Source: an uncultured Candidatus Binatia bacterium
GTDB lineage: Bacteria > Desulfobacterota > Binatia > UBA9968 > JAJDTQ01
Direction: 5' to 3'
DNA: 64,000 nucleotides
Assembly: GCA_965215605.1 (NCBI GenBank)
Contig: OZ244070.1
Coordinates: forward strand, 1,792,001-1,856,000
Below the pieces are notes generated by a model. It worked only from the letters and a program-made list of their open reading frames with translations, did no database searches and was not told the DNA's origin. Numbering within the stretch: the stretch's first letter is position 1; each line of letters begins with the position of its first letter. Made by a program: the position numbers and the translations under genes. This document shows positions 38,579 to 49,149 of this stretch, piece by piece.

Positions 38579-39466
38579 ATGGACCAGGCGGACGAGAGAT
38601 ACGTGGATGTGGACGGCATCCGCACCCGCTACTTCGAGAAGGGCAGCGGCGAGCCGGTGGTGCTGTTCCACGGCGGCAACTTCGGCTCCAACGACGCCGC
38701 CGACTGCGCCCTCGACTGGGGGCTCAACTTCCACGGCTTGGCGCAGTGGTTCCACGTCTACGCGGTGGACAAGCTGGGGCAGGGGATGACCGACAACCCC
38801 AAGAGCGACGAGGATTACACCATGGCCGCGGTGGTGCGGCACGCCTTGGGCTTCCTGGAGACCCTGAAGCTCGGCAACGTCCACCTGGTGGGCCATTCCC
38901 GCGGCGCCTACCTGGTGGCGCGCATGACCCTGGAGCGCGCCGACCTGGTCAAGTCCGTAATCCCCGTGGACACCAACACCCTCGCCCCCGGTGTCGGACG
39001 CAACGACATCGTCTTCGCCAACGCGCCGCAACCGCGCCTGGGCCGGGAGTGCCAGCGCTGGGTGTTCGAACGGTACTCCTACGGCCACGGCCACATCACC
39101 GACGACTGGCTCGACGCCTGCGTGGCCATCGGCCAACTGCCCAAGTACAAGGAGGCGGTGGAGAAGATGGAGATCCAGGGGCTCAAGACCAACCTCTTCC
39201 TGGCCGCCCACGCGCGGCAGAAGGAGGAGACCCTGGGCTGGATCCGGGACCGCGGCCTGCAACGGCCCACGCTGCTGGTGTGGGGCTACAACGACCCCAC
39301 CGCCACCCTGGACCAGGGCATGCGCCTGATGGAGCTCATGGCCGGGAGCGAGCGCCGCACCCAGATGCACATCATCAACGAGGCCGGCCACTTCTCGTAC
39401 CGGGAGCACCCTCCGGAGTTCAACGAGGTGCTGAGAGCCTTCATCGCGGGCCAGCAATCCGGGTGA
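38579..39466 (+). CDS. Alpha/beta hydrolase (BphD/MhpC-like)
   Basis: LFHGG, GHSRG nucleophile elbow, WGYND, AGHF. Confidence 0.85.
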   Translation: MDQADERYVDVDGIRTRYFEKGSGEPVVLFHGGNFGSNDAADCALDWGLNFHGLAQWFHVYAVDKLGQGMTDNPKSDEDYTMAAVVRHALGFLETLKLGNVHLVGHSRGAYLVARMTLERADLVKSVIPVDTNTLAPGVGRNDIVFANAPQPRLGRECQRWVFERYSYGHGHITDDWLDACVAIGQLPKYKEAVEKMEIQGLKTNLFLAAHARQKEETLGWIRDRGLQRPTLLVWGYNDPTATLDQGMRLMELMAGSERRTQMHIINEAGHFSYREHPPEFNEVLRAFIAGQQSG

Positions 39467-39558
39467 AGCTGGCGAAGTAACCGGCCCGTGGCTTGAAAAA
39501 AGCCCGTTCCATGAACCATAAAGGGAATGAAACAGAAAACAATCTTGGAGGTGACACC

Positions 39559-39900
39559 ATGGGCAAATACATGTTCCACACCACGTACACCGGCAAGGGG
39601 CTGGTGGGCCTGCTCAAGGAGGGCGGCAGCCGCCGGCGGGCAGCGCTGACCCAGACCATCGAGGGCATGGGCGGCAGCGTCGAGGGGCTCTACTATGCCT
39701 TCGGCGATACGGATCTCTATATCATCGCCGACCTTCCCGACGACGCTACGGCGACCGCGGTCTCGCTCAACATCGCCAACGCCGGCGCCCTCAATGTCCG
39801 GGCCACCGTGCTGATCACGCCGGAGACGGTGGACGAGGCGGTCAAGAAGAAAGTGCCCTACCGGCCGCCCGGAGCCCGGGCCACCCGCGGCCAGAAGTAG
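39559..39900 (+). CDS. GYD domain protein
   Basis: LLKEGGSRR, GGSVEGLYYAFGDTD, YRPPG. Confidence 0.82.
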   Translation: MGKYMFHTTYTGKGLVGLLKEGGSRRRAALTQTIEGMGGSVEGLYYAFGDTDLYIIADLPDDATATAVSLNIANAGALNVRATVLITPETVDEAVKKKVPYRPPGARATRGQK

Positions 39901-39951
39901 GGTCGAAGCGGCGGCACCGGCTTGAGCGGGCGCCGGTGCCCGTTTCCAATC

Positions 39952-41862
39952 ATGCCCCTCGTCAGCTTCGAAGACGTCTCCCTGCAGTTGGGCGACCAGC
40001 GGCTGTTGGCGCATGCCGACCTCGCCATAGAGCCGGGAGAGCGGGTGTGCCTGATCGGCCGCAACGGCGCGGGCAAGACCTCTTTGCTCCGGCTCATTAC
40101 CGGCCAGATCGAACCCGACGGCGGCGAGATCCGTTACCAGAGCCGCATCCGCATCAGCGAGCTGGAGCAGGCGCTGCCCGAGGAGCTCGGGCAGACGGTG
40201 CGGGAATACGTCACCACCGGGCTGGCGGACCTGCAGGCCGTCATCGACCTCTATCAGCAGCGGTCCAGGGAGGCCCTGGACCGCAAGGGCCTTCTTGAGC
40301 TGGAGGCGCTGCACCGGGAGATCGACGCCCACGGCGGCTGGCACGTGGACCAGCGGGTGGAGACGGTGCTGAGCGAGCTGGACCTGCCGGCAGAGCGGCT
40401 GCTGAAGGAGCTGTCCGGCGGCTGGCAGCGCCGGGTGGGGCTGGCCCGCGCCATCGTCGGCAACGCTGAGCTGCTGCTCCTCGACGAGCCCACCAACCAT
40501 CTCGACCTGAGCACCATCCAGTGGCTCGAGGACCGGGTCTACAACTATGCGGGCGCCGTCCTGTTCATCACCCACGACCGCGCCTTCCTGCGGCGGCTCG
40601 CCACCCGCATCGTCGAGCTGGACCGCACCCGGCTTACGAGTTGGCCCGGCAGCTACGACAACTACCTCGATCTCAAGGAGCAGTCCCTGGCGGAAGACGC
40701 CCGGCACAACGCCCTGTTCGACAAGCGGCTGGCCCAGGAGGAGGAGTGGATACGGCGCGGCATCAAGGCGCGCCGCACCCGCAACGAAGGCCGGGTGCGG
40801 GCGCTCATGGCCATGCGGGAGGAGGCGGCCCAGCGGCTCAAGCCCCAGGGGCACGCACGCATCCACGTGCAGCACGGCGGACAGTCCGGCCGCAAGGTGG
40901 TGGAACTCCGCAACGTCACCCACGGCTTCGGCGGCGAGCCGCTGATCGACAACCTGTCGCTCCGCATCATGCGCGGCGACCGCATCGGGCTCATCGGCAA
41001 CAACGGCGTGGGCAAGAGCACGCTCTTGCGCATCCTCGTGGGAGAAATCACGCCGAACTCCGGGACCGTGGAGCCGGGCGCCAATCTCGAGATCGGCTAT
41101 TTCGATCAACTGCGGCGGCAGCTCGACCCCGAAAAGACCGTGGCCGAGACCGTCGCCGACGGCCGCGACCACGTCTTCGTCAACGGACGGCCGCGCCACG
41201 TCGTCGGTTACCTCAAGGGATTCCTCTTCAGCCCCAAGCGGGCCATGAGCCCGGTGGCGGCGCTGTCCGGCGGCGAGTGCAACCGCATCATCCTGGCCCG
41301 GCTGCTCACCCAGCCGGCGAACCTGCTGATCCTGGACGAGCCCACCAACGACCTCGACATCGAGACCCTGGAGGTGCTGGAAGAACAGCTCGTGGCGTAC
41401 CGGGGCACGCTGCTGGTGGTGAGCCACGACCGCAGCTTCCTCGACAACTGCGTCACCAGCACGCTGGTGTTCGAGGATTCCGGCCGCATTCAGCCCTACG
41501 CCGGCGGCTACAGCGACTGGGCCAGACGCGGCAAGGCCCTCAACGTCACCGACGATCCCAACCGGAAGCGGGTCCAGGAGCCGGCCCGGGACCGGCGCGA
41601 GACGCGGTCGCGCCCCAACAAGCTCAGCTACAAGCTGCAACTGGAGCTGGACCGGCTACCGGACCGCATCGAGGCCATGGAGCAGGCGGTGGCCACGCTG
41701 GAGGAAAGGACCCACCAGCCGGCCTTCTACGCCCAGCCCTTCGCCAACGTCCAGCCGGTCCTGGACGATCTCAAGGCCGCCAAGGCAACCCTCGACCAAG
41801 CGGTGGAACGCTGGACCGAGCTGGAGACACTCAGGGAAGAGGCGGAGCAGCGCTCACCGTGA
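39952..41862 (+). CDS. uup: ABC-F family ATPase, Uup
   Basis: Two NBDs, EEEWIRRGIKARRTRNEGRVRAL, KLSYKLQLEL C-terminal domain. Confidence 0.92.
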   Translation: MPLVSFEDVSLQLGDQRLLAHADLAIEPGERVCLIGRNGAGKTSLLRLITGQIEPDGGEIRYQSRIRISELEQALPEELGQTVREYVTTGLADLQAVIDLYQQRSREALDRKGLLELEALHREIDAHGGWHVDQRVETVLSELDLPAERLLKELSGGWQRRVGLARAIVGNAELLLLDEPTNHLDLSTIQWLEDRVYNYAGAVLFITHDRAFLRRLATRIVELDRTRLTSWPGSYDNYLDLKEQSLAEDARHNALFDKRLAQEEEWIRRGIKARRTRNEGRVRALMAMREEAAQRLKPQGHARIHVQHGGQSGRKVVELRNVTHGFGGEPLIDNLSLRIMRGDRIGLIGNNGVGKSTLLRILVGEITPNSGTVEPGANLEIGYFDQLRRQLDPEKTVAETVADGRDHVFVNGRPRHVVGYLKGFLFSPKRAMSPVAALSGGECNRIILARLLTQPANLLILDEPTNDLDIETLEVLEEQLVAYRGTLLVVSHDRSFLDNCVTSTLVFEDSGRIQPYAGGYSDWARRGKALNVTDDPNRKRVQEPARDRRETRSRPNKLSYKLQLELDRLPDRIEAMEQAVATLEERTHQPAFYAQPFANVQPVLDDLKAAKATLDQAVERWTELETLREEAEQRSP

Positions 41863-41956
41863 GACTGGACGTCATGCCGCACCCCGCCGTCCCTACAGGC
41901 CGGGGCGTCGTTGCCTGCCTCCCGAAGTTCCGATAAGAAGGTGTGCGGAGACACCC

Positions 41957-44254
41957 ATGAAAAAACAAAGACTAACAGTGGCAGGGCGGCCCGCGGTGCG
42001 CCTCGACGCGATCGAGAAGGTTTCGGGCTCGGCCTTTTATACCGGTGACATCGAGCTTCCGGGAATGGCGTATGCCAAGATCCTGAGGAGCCCGTTGCCC
42101 CATGCGCGGATCCTTAAGGTCGATGCCAGCAAGGCCAGGGAATTGCCGGGCGTCGTCGACGTCCTGACCCGGGACGAGCTGGCCGGCCTCAACTACAACT
42201 ACGGCGCCACCTACAAGGACCAGGCGGTGGTGGCGGTGGACAAGGTGCGATACGTCGGCGATCCGGTGGCAGCGGTGCTGTCCGCGGACGAGCTGGTGGC
42301 CGAGGAGGCGCTGGCGCTCATCGACGTGGAGTACGAGGAACTGCCCTTCGTGGACAACGTGGACGCCGCCCTGGCACCGGGCGCTCCGCAGGTGCATGAG
42401 GGCGACGTTCCCAAGGCCGAGTTGCGGGGCTCCAAGTACGGCGCGCCGGACCGGTTCAAGGGCACCAACGTGTGCTATCACTTCGGCTACTCGCGGGGAG
42501 ACGTCGAGGACGGCTTCGCACAGTCCGACCACGTCTTCGAGGATGTTTTCCGCTTCAACCGGGTGCAGCACTACTCGCTGGAGCCCCACATCTGCCTCGC
42601 CCACTACGACGGCGAACGCCTGACGGTGTGGAGTTCGTGCCAGGATCCGTTCACCCTGCGGGGACACCTGGCCGGGATCTTCAAGCTGCAGCTCAACCGG
42701 GTGCGCGTGGTGGTGCCCTATGTCGGCGGCGGCTACGGCGGCAAGCTCTACGTCAAGGCCGATCCCATCGCCGCGGCGCTAGCGGTGCGGAACCGTCGCC
42801 CGGTCAAGCTCGCCATGAGCGTCAGCGAGAGCTTCAAGACCGTGACGCGCCATCCCGCGCGCATCCGCATCAAGACCGGAGTCAGCAAGAAGGGCGCGAT
42901 GGTGGCCCGGGAGCTGGAAGTCTACATGGATACCGGCGCCTACGCCGACGCCGGACCCCGGGTGACCCAGAAGGCCGGCTACCGGGCGGTGGGTCCCTAC
43001 CGCGTCGCCAACGTAAAGATCGATGCCCACGGCGTCTACAGCAACACCGTGCCGGCGGGGGCCTTCCGCGGCTTCGGCGCGGTGCAGGTGGCCTGGGCCT
43101 ACGAGTCGCAGATGGACATGATCGCCAAACGGCTCGGCATGGACCCGCTCGACTTCCGGCTCAAGAACCTGCTGGAGAAGGGCGAGCCCTACACCCCCGG
43201 CGACACCCCGGTGGACTGCGACCTGAAGCAGGGATTGCGCAAGGTGGCCCGGGCGCTGGACTGGAAGAAGGCTTCCCGGCCCAACGTGGGCAAGGGCCTG
43301 AGCGTTTGCCTGAAGGACGCCGGGGGCACCTACAAGGTGGCCGGCGCCACCGTGAAGATGTCGTCGGACGGCAGCGCCGTGCTGCTCACGGGCACCGTGG
43401 AGGTGGGCCAGGGTTCCCGCACGGCCTTGAGCCAGGTGGTGGCGGAAGAGTTGGGCATCGCGCTCGAGCAGGTGTCCGTGGCCCAGTTGGATACGGACGT
43501 CACCCCCTTCGACGTGTCCACCAGCGCCAGCAGCTCCATGACGGTCATGGGCCTCGCGACCCAGCGGGCCGCCCAGGACGTAAAGAAGCAGTTGCTCAAG
43601 GCCGCGGCCAGGGTCATGAAGGAGAAGGCCGGCGACCTCACGCTCAAGGGCGGTCGGGTGCGCGCCGGCAAGGGCCGCGGGCTGGCCTACAGCGACGTCA
43701 TTTCCGAATACTTCGGCAGCTCCGCCACCGAGATCGTCGGCCGCGGGCTGTACCAGGACAAGAAGAGCAAGACCGCGGTGCTGGGTTCTCCCACCACTTT
43801 CTGGGAGGTGGGCTGGGGCGGCGTCGAGCTGGAAGTGGACCCGGATACCGGCGTCATCCGCATACTCAAGTACGTGTCCATGGCCGACGTGGGACGGGCC
43901 ATCAACCCGCTGCAGGCCGAGGGGCAGGACGAGGGCGGGGTGGTGTTCGGCCTGGGACACACGCTGCTGGAAGAGATGGTGTACGAGGACGGCCAGCTTC
44001 TGAACCCGAACCTCGTGGACTACCGCGTGCCGGGGTTCCACGATTTGCCGGAGAACTTCATCTCGGAGCTGGTGGAAAGCGGCAACGGCCCCGGCCCCTT
44101 CGGTGCCAAGGGCATGGGCGAGGGGGGTGTGCTGCCGGCCGCGTCCGCCATTGCCGCGGCAGTGGACGATGCCGTCGGCGTCCGCATCTGCGACCTGCCG
44201 CTGACGCCCCCCAAGGTATGGAAGCGCCTGCAGGAGCACGACAGCGCCGGCTAG
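41957..44254 (+). CDS. Xanthine dehydrogenase family molybdopterin-binding subunit
   Basis: RSPLPHARI, GGGYGGK, AFRGFG, EVGQG, GAKGMGE. Confidence 0.92.
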   Translation: MKKQRLTVAGRPAVRLDAIEKVSGSAFYTGDIELPGMAYAKILRSPLPHARILKVDASKARELPGVVDVLTRDELAGLNYNYGATYKDQAVVAVDKVRYVGDPVAAVLSADELVAEEALALIDVEYEELPFVDNVDAALAPGAPQVHEGDVPKAELRGSKYGAPDRFKGTNVCYHFGYSRGDVEDGFAQSDHVFEDVFRFNRVQHYSLEPHICLAHYDGERLTVWSSCQDPFTLRGHLAGIFKLQLNRVRVVVPYVGGGYGGKLYVKADPIAAALAVRNRRPVKLAMSVSESFKTVTRHPARIRIKTGVSKKGAMVARELEVYMDTGAYADAGPRVTQKAGYRAVGPYRVANVKIDAHGVYSNTVPAGAFRGFGAVQVAWAYESQMDMIAKRLGMDPLDFRLKNLLEKGEPYTPGDTPVDCDLKQGLRKVARALDWKKASRPNVGKGLSVCLKDAGGTYKVAGATVKMSSDGSAVLLTGTVEVGQGSRTALSQVVAEELGIALEQVSVAQLDTDVTPFDVSTSASSSMTVMGLATQRAAQDVKKQLLKAAARVMKEKAGDLTLKGGRVRAGKGRGLAYSDVISEYFGSSATEIVGRGLYQDKKSKTAVLGSPTTFWEVGWGGVELEVDPDTGVIRILKYVSMADVGRAINPLQAEGQDEGGVVFGLGHTLLEEMVYEDGQLLNPNLVDYRVPGFHDLPENFISELVESGNGPGPFGAKGMGEGGVLPAASAIAAAVDDAVGVRICDLPLTPPKVWKRLQEHDSAG

Positions 44255-44282
44255 TGGCCGGTACTCCCGAAAGGAGCTCAAC

Positions 44283-45287
44283 ATGTCAGACCCCACCCGT
44301 TTCCGCGCCATGGTCGTCAGCGAGAACGAGGACAAGACCTTTTCCCGCGTCATCACCGAACGGTCGGCGGACGACCTGCCGGAAGGCGACCTGCTGGTCT
44401 CGGTGGCTTATTCCTCTCTCAACTACAAGGACGCGCTGTCGGCCTCCGGCAACAAGGGCGTCACCCGCAACTTCCCCCACACCCCCGGCATCGACGCCGC
44501 GGGCACGGTGGCGGAGAGCGGGGTGGGCGGTTTCGCCAAGGGCGACGAGGTGGTGCTGACCGGCTTCGACCTGGGCGCCAACACCGACGGCGGCTTTGCC
44601 GAGTACGTGCGGGTGCCGGCCGCCTGGGCGGTGAAGCGCCCGGACGGCTTGAGCCTCAAGGAGAGCATGGTCTACGGCACCGCGGGATTCACCGCGGCGC
44701 TCTCGGTGCTGCGGCTCCAGGAGGGCGGAGTCACGCCGGAATCGGGCGACGTGCTGGTGACCGGCGCCACCGGCGGTGTCGGCTGCCTGGCCGTGGCCAT
44801 CCTGGCCCAGGCCGGCTACCGGGTGGTGGCGTCCACCGGCAAGGAGTCGGAGAAGGACTTCCTCACGGGTCTGGGCGCGGCCGACGTGATCTCGCGGGAG
44901 GACGCGGACGATCAGTCCGGACGGCCCCTGCTCAGGGGCCTGTGGGCCGGCGTCGTGGATACCGTCGGCGGCAACATCCTCGCCACCGCCATCAAGGCCT
45001 CCAAGTACGGCGGTGTGGTCACCTGCTGCGGCAACGTCGCCTCGGTGGAGCTCAACACCACGGTCTTCCCCTTCATCCTGCGGGACGTGCGCCTCGTCGG
45101 CGTGGCCACGCCGGACTGCCCCGCGGACATCCGCGCTACCCTGTGGCAGAAAATGGCCATGGAGTGGAAGCTGCCCAACCTGGACGCCGTCACCATCGAC
45201 TGCTCGCTCGGCGAGCTTGACGGCCACATAGAGAGCATCCTCAAGGGCGGGATCCGTGGCCGCGTGGTGGTGGACCTGTCGCGCTGA
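44283..45287 (+). CDS. YhdH/AcuI family NADPH oxidoreductase (acryloyl-CoA reductase-like)
   Basis: YSSLNYKDAL, PGIDAAG, YGTAGFTAAL, TGATGGVG, PFILR. Confidence 0.9.
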   Translation: MSDPTRFRAMVVSENEDKTFSRVITERSADDLPEGDLLVSVAYSSLNYKDALSASGNKGVTRNFPHTPGIDAAGTVAESGVGGFAKGDEVVLTGFDLGANTDGGFAEYVRVPAAWAVKRPDGLSLKESMVYGTAGFTAALSVLRLQEGGVTPESGDVLVTGATGGVGCLAVAILAQAGYRVVASTGKESEKDFLTGLGAADVISREDADDQSGRPLLRGLWAGVVDTVGGNILATAIKASKYGGVVTCCGNVASVELNTTVFPFILRDVRLVGVATPDCPADIRATLWQKMAMEWKLPNLDAVTIDCSLGELDGHIESILKGGIRGRVVVDLSR

Positions 45288-45321
45288 CGGACACTCACGC
45301 ACCGTTTCCCGGGAGATCGCC

Positions 45322-47391
45322 ATGGCATCGTGGATGGTCGGCATCGATACCGGAGGCTCCTTCACCGATCTGATCGCGTTCGATCCCGACACCGGCGAGC
45401 GTCGGATCGCCAAGGTGCCGTCGAGGCCGGATGACCCGTCGGCCGCGGTGATGGATGCCCTGGACGAGCTGTTCCAGTCCGGGGTGGACCCGGGCGGGAT
45501 CGAGTTCCTGGTCCACGGCACCACGGTGGCCACCAACGCCATTCTGGAAGGCAGAGGCGCGCGCACCGGGCTGCTGATCACCCGCGGTTTCCGGGCGGTC
45601 TATGAAGGGCGCGGCTGGTCCCAGCCGGCGCCGGAGGACCTGGCGGACCCCTACTACGTCAAGCCCACGCTGCTGGCGCCCCAGTCGCTCACCGAAGAGA
45701 TCACCGAACGCCTCGACTATCTCGGCAACGTGCAGACGCCGCTCGACGAGGACGACGTGCGGCGGGCGGTCGCAAGCCTCAAGGAGAAGGAAGTCGAGGC
45801 GGTGGCCGTCAACTTCCTCTTCAGCTTCCGGAACTCCGATCACGAGGAGAGGACCGCGGCCATCATCGCCGAGATGGCGCCGGAATGGCGCGTGTCGGTG
45901 TCGTCGCGCATTCTGCCCACCATCCGCGAGTATCCGCGTCTCTCCACCACCGTCATCGACGCCTTCGTGGGCAGGTCCATGGAAACCTACCTGCTGCGGC
46001 TCGTGGACCGGCTGCGGGCCGCCGGCATCGAGACGCCGCAGATCTTCCTCATGCAGTCCAACGGCGGGCTGATGCGCATGAACGTCGGCGCCCGCTATCC
46101 CAACCAGACGCTGCTCTCCGGCCCGGCGGCCGGAGTGGTGTCCGGCATCGAGCTGGCCGCGCTCCTGGGACGCAGGAATCTCGTCACCTTCGACATGGGC
46201 GGCACGTCCACCGACATCAGCGTGATCCGGGATGGGCGGTCCGAGGAGACCACCGCGGGCCGGATTGCGGGACAGGATCTGGCGACCCCCATGCTGGCCG
46301 TCCACACCCTGGGCGCAGGCGGCGGCACCATCGCCTGGATCGGCAAGGACGGCCTCATGAAGGTCGGGCCCCGTAGCGCGGGCGCCGACCCGGGACCGGC
46401 CTGTTACGGCAGGGGCGGCGCGCTGCCGACGGTCACCGACGCCAACCTGCTGCTGGGCGCCCTCGGTGACAGCAGCGCGCTGGGCGGGCGGCTGCGGCTG
46501 GATCGGTCCGGGGCGGAGGCCGCGGTTCGTACAGGGCTGGCCGAACCCCTCGGTCTCGACGTGATGGAGGCCGCCGCCGGGGTTCTCAAGATCGTCAACA
46601 ACAACATGGCGGTGGAGCTCAGGCTTGCGCTGCAATACCGCGGCGTCGACCCGCGCGACTTCGTGCTGGTGGCCTTCGGCGGCGCCGGCCCGCTTCACGC
46701 CGGCGTGCTGGCGGAGGAGCTCCAGATACCCGCGGTGCTGGTGCCGCCGAACCCCGGACTCAACAGCGCCCTGGGGCTCCTCCAGACCCAGGTGCGTCAT
46801 CTCTACCTGCTGTCCGATCTCGGCCTGGTGAGCGGCTACGATCCCGCGCGCATGAACCAGCGTTTCGATGAACTGCGGCGCCGGGCCGAGGAGGACATCC
46901 GGGAAGAGCACTTCGATCTCTCCGAGGCGGTTTTCCGGCATCAGGTCGACATGCGCTACCTGCACCAGGGTTACGAGCTTTCCGTGGACTGCCCGGACCG
47001 GGAGATCTTGGAGACGGACAGGGCCGGGCTCAAGGCGGCCTTCGACGAGCTGCACGGCAAGGTGTACGGCCTGAGCGCCAAGGACGAGGACGCCGAGATC
47101 GTGACGTTCCGGCTGCTGGCGGAGATCGCGGTGCCGCGGCTCGCGCCGCCGCCCCTGGAAACCGGGGATCCGGGCGTCGAGCACGCCGAGATCGGCCGCC
47201 GGCCGCTCTTCGACCTGGAGCGCGGAGAATTCGTGGAAGCCGTGGTCCTCGACCGTGGCCGGTTGCTGGCCGGCAACCGGATCGACGGCCCCGCCGTGAT
47301 CGAGCAGTTGGACGCGACTACGGTGCTGTCCGAGTCGCAGCATGCCAACGTCGATACGTTCGGGAACATCGTGATCGAGAGGGACCCATGA
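45322..47391 (+). CDS. Hydantoinase A/oxoprolinase family
   Basis: GIDTGGSFTD, HGTTVATN, DMGGTSTD, GAGGG, AFGGAG. Confidence 0.93.
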   Translation: MASWMVGIDTGGSFTDLIAFDPDTGERRIAKVPSRPDDPSAAVMDALDELFQSGVDPGGIEFLVHGTTVATNAILEGRGARTGLLITRGFRAVYEGRGWSQPAPEDLADPYYVKPTLLAPQSLTEEITERLDYLGNVQTPLDEDDVRRAVASLKEKEVEAVAVNFLFSFRNSDHEERTAAIIAEMAPEWRVSVSSRILPTIREYPRLSTTVIDAFVGRSMETYLLRLVDRLRAAGIETPQIFLMQSNGGLMRMNVGARYPNQTLLSGPAAGVVSGIELAALLGRRNLVTFDMGGTSTDISVIRDGRSEETTAGRIAGQDLATPMLAVHTLGAGGGTIAWIGKDGLMKVGPRSAGADPGPACYGRGGALPTVTDANLLLGALGDSSALGGRLRLDRSGAEAAVRTGLAEPLGLDVMEAAAGVLKIVNNNMAVELRLALQYRGVDPRDFVLVAFGGAGPLHAGVLAEELQIPAVLVPPNPGLNSALGLLQTQVRHLYLLSDLGLVSGYDPARMNQRFDELRRRAEEDIREEHFDLSEAVFRHQVDMRYLHQGYELSVDCPDREILETDRAGLKAAFDELHGKVYGLSAKDEDAEIVTFRLLAEIAVPRLAPPPLETGDPGVEHAEIGRRPLFDLERGEFVEAVVLDRGRLLAGNRIDGPAVIEQLDATTVLSESQHANVDTFGNIVIERDP

Positions 47392-47413
47392 ATCTCGCCG
47401 AGGGGAGAACGCC

Positions 47414-49093
47414 ATGAGCCTTGACCCGATCACCAGCGAAGTGGTGTTGAGCCGGCTGCGGGAGATCACCGCGTCCATGGCCCACGCGCTGTTCCACAGC
47501 GGCTATTCGCCGATCCTGCGCGAGTCGCAGGACGGCACCGCCGGGCTGACCGACGGCAACGGGCGCGTGATCATGGTGGGCGGGGGCCTGCAATATCATT
47601 CCCTGCTGTATTCGCAGTCGGTGGCCGGCGTCCTGGAACGCTACCCGGCGGAAGAGATGAGCGAGGGCGATTCGTTCGTTTCCAACGACCCCTACAAGGC
47701 GGGAAACAGCCACGTGCCCGACATGGTGGTGGCGACGCCGGCCTTTGACGACGGCAAGGTGGTGGCGTTCGGGGTCAGCGTAGCCCACAAGGCGGACGTT
47801 GGCGGCCTGGTGCCGGGGTCGAGCGGCGCGGCGTCACGGGAGATCTTCCACGACGGGATCCTGCTGCCGCCGGTGCGCTTCACCACGGCCCGGGGCGTGC
47901 TGCCCGAGGTGGAGGCGATCCTTCGCAACAACAGCCGCATTCCGGACGTGGTGCTCGGCGACCTGCGCGGACAGGTGGGGGCGACGAAACTCGGGGCGAT
48001 CCGGTTCCAGGAGCTGCTGCAGGAGTATGGGGCGGACACCCTGCTGGGCACCATCGACGAGTTGATGACGCGGACCACAGCCCGGGTGCGGGCCGAAATC
48101 GCCTCTTGGCCGGACGGGGAGCACGAGGCGGAAGGCTTCCTCGACCACGACGGCGTGGACCGCTCGAAGCCGGTGCGCATCCATGTCCGGGCCGTCAAGG
48201 CAGGGGACCGGTTGACCCTCGATTTCTCCGGCAGCGACCCCCAGGCCCCCGGACCGGTGAACACGACGCGGGTCACGGCCCGTGCGGTGTCGACCCAGGC
48301 GGTGCTGGCGGCATCGGATCCGAGCATCCCGATGAACGCGGGCGCGTTCGAGGCCATCGAGTTCAACCTGCCGCCCGGACGCGTGATGAGCCCGGAGTTT
48401 CCGGCGACCGTCAACCACTACTTCCCGACCTCGCACCTGGTCTACAACTGCGTCCTCGCCGCCATCGGAAAGTTCAACCCGAACCGGGCGGTGGCCCCCT
48501 CCGGCCTCGGCACCGGCGCCATCGCCGTCGGCTACAAGCAGAGCCGCTCGGCGGGCCGTCCCACCGTCCAGTACGAGATCATGATCACCTCGCTGGGCGG
48601 CACCAGCGACCACGACGGCGCGGCCATCGTCATGCCGGTTAACCACTTCGCCCCCGGCACGCCGGTGGAGATCCTCGAGACCGAGTATCCCGTCGCCGTA
48701 CGCCGATACGATATCTGGCAGGACTCGGCCGGCGCCGGGCGCTGGCGCGGCGGCACGGGTTTCATCCGCGAGTACGAGTTCCTCACCGATTGCACCCTCA
48801 CGGTCCGCTCGGCCAACCACCAGCAGGCCTCATGGGGCCTCAACGGCGGCGGAAGCCCACCCAACTCCAGGACCACCATCCAGAACCCCGACGAAGACCC
48901 GTCCGAAGTCGACATGCTGGAAACTCGACCCCTCAAGGCCGGCGCCCGGCTCGCCATCTTCCGTAGCGGCGGAGGCGGCTACGGCGATCCCAGGGAACGC
49001 CCCGCCGAGTTGGTGCGGCAGGACGTCGAGGATGGGTACGTATCGCGGGAACAGGCCCGGGAGGCGTACGGGCTTGGTGACGGAGAGGGGTGA
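47414..49093 (+). CDS. Hydantoinase B/oxoprolinase family
   Basis: SPILRE, NDPY..HVPD, HKADVGG, GAGRWRGG, GGGGYGDP. Confidence 0.93.
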   Translation: MSLDPITSEVVLSRLREITASMAHALFHSGYSPILRESQDGTAGLTDGNGRVIMVGGGLQYHSLLYSQSVAGVLERYPAEEMSEGDSFVSNDPYKAGNSHVPDMVVATPAFDDGKVVAFGVSVAHKADVGGLVPGSSGAASREIFHDGILLPPVRFTTARGVLPEVEAILRNNSRIPDVVLGDLRGQVGATKLGAIRFQELLQEYGADTLLGTIDELMTRTTARVRAEIASWPDGEHEAEGFLDHDGVDRSKPVRIHVRAVKAGDRLTLDFSGSDPQAPGPVNTTRVTARAVSTQAVLAASDPSIPMNAGAFEAIEFNLPPGRVMSPEFPATVNHYFPTSHLVYNCVLAAIGKFNPNRAVAPSGLGTGAIAVGYKQSRSAGRPTVQYEIMITSLGGTSDHDGAAIVMPVNHFAPGTPVEILETEYPVAVRRYDIWQDSAGAGRWRGGTGFIREYEFLTDCTLTVRSANHQQASWGLNGGGSPPNSRTTIQNPDEDPSEVDMLETRPLKAGARLAIFRSGGGGYGDPRERPAELVRQDVEDGYVSREQAREAYGLGDGEG

Positions 49094-49114
49094 CGCAAGC
49101 GGGACACGGCGGCT

Positions 49115-49143
49115 TTGACCTTCTCCTGCAGGGGTCCTAAACT
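49115..49143 (+). promoter_or_regulatory. Near-consensus sigma70 promoter
   Basis: TTGACC-N17-TAAACT followed by a GC-rich discriminator AGCGCC. Confidence 0.65.
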
Positions 49144-49149
49144 AGCGCC

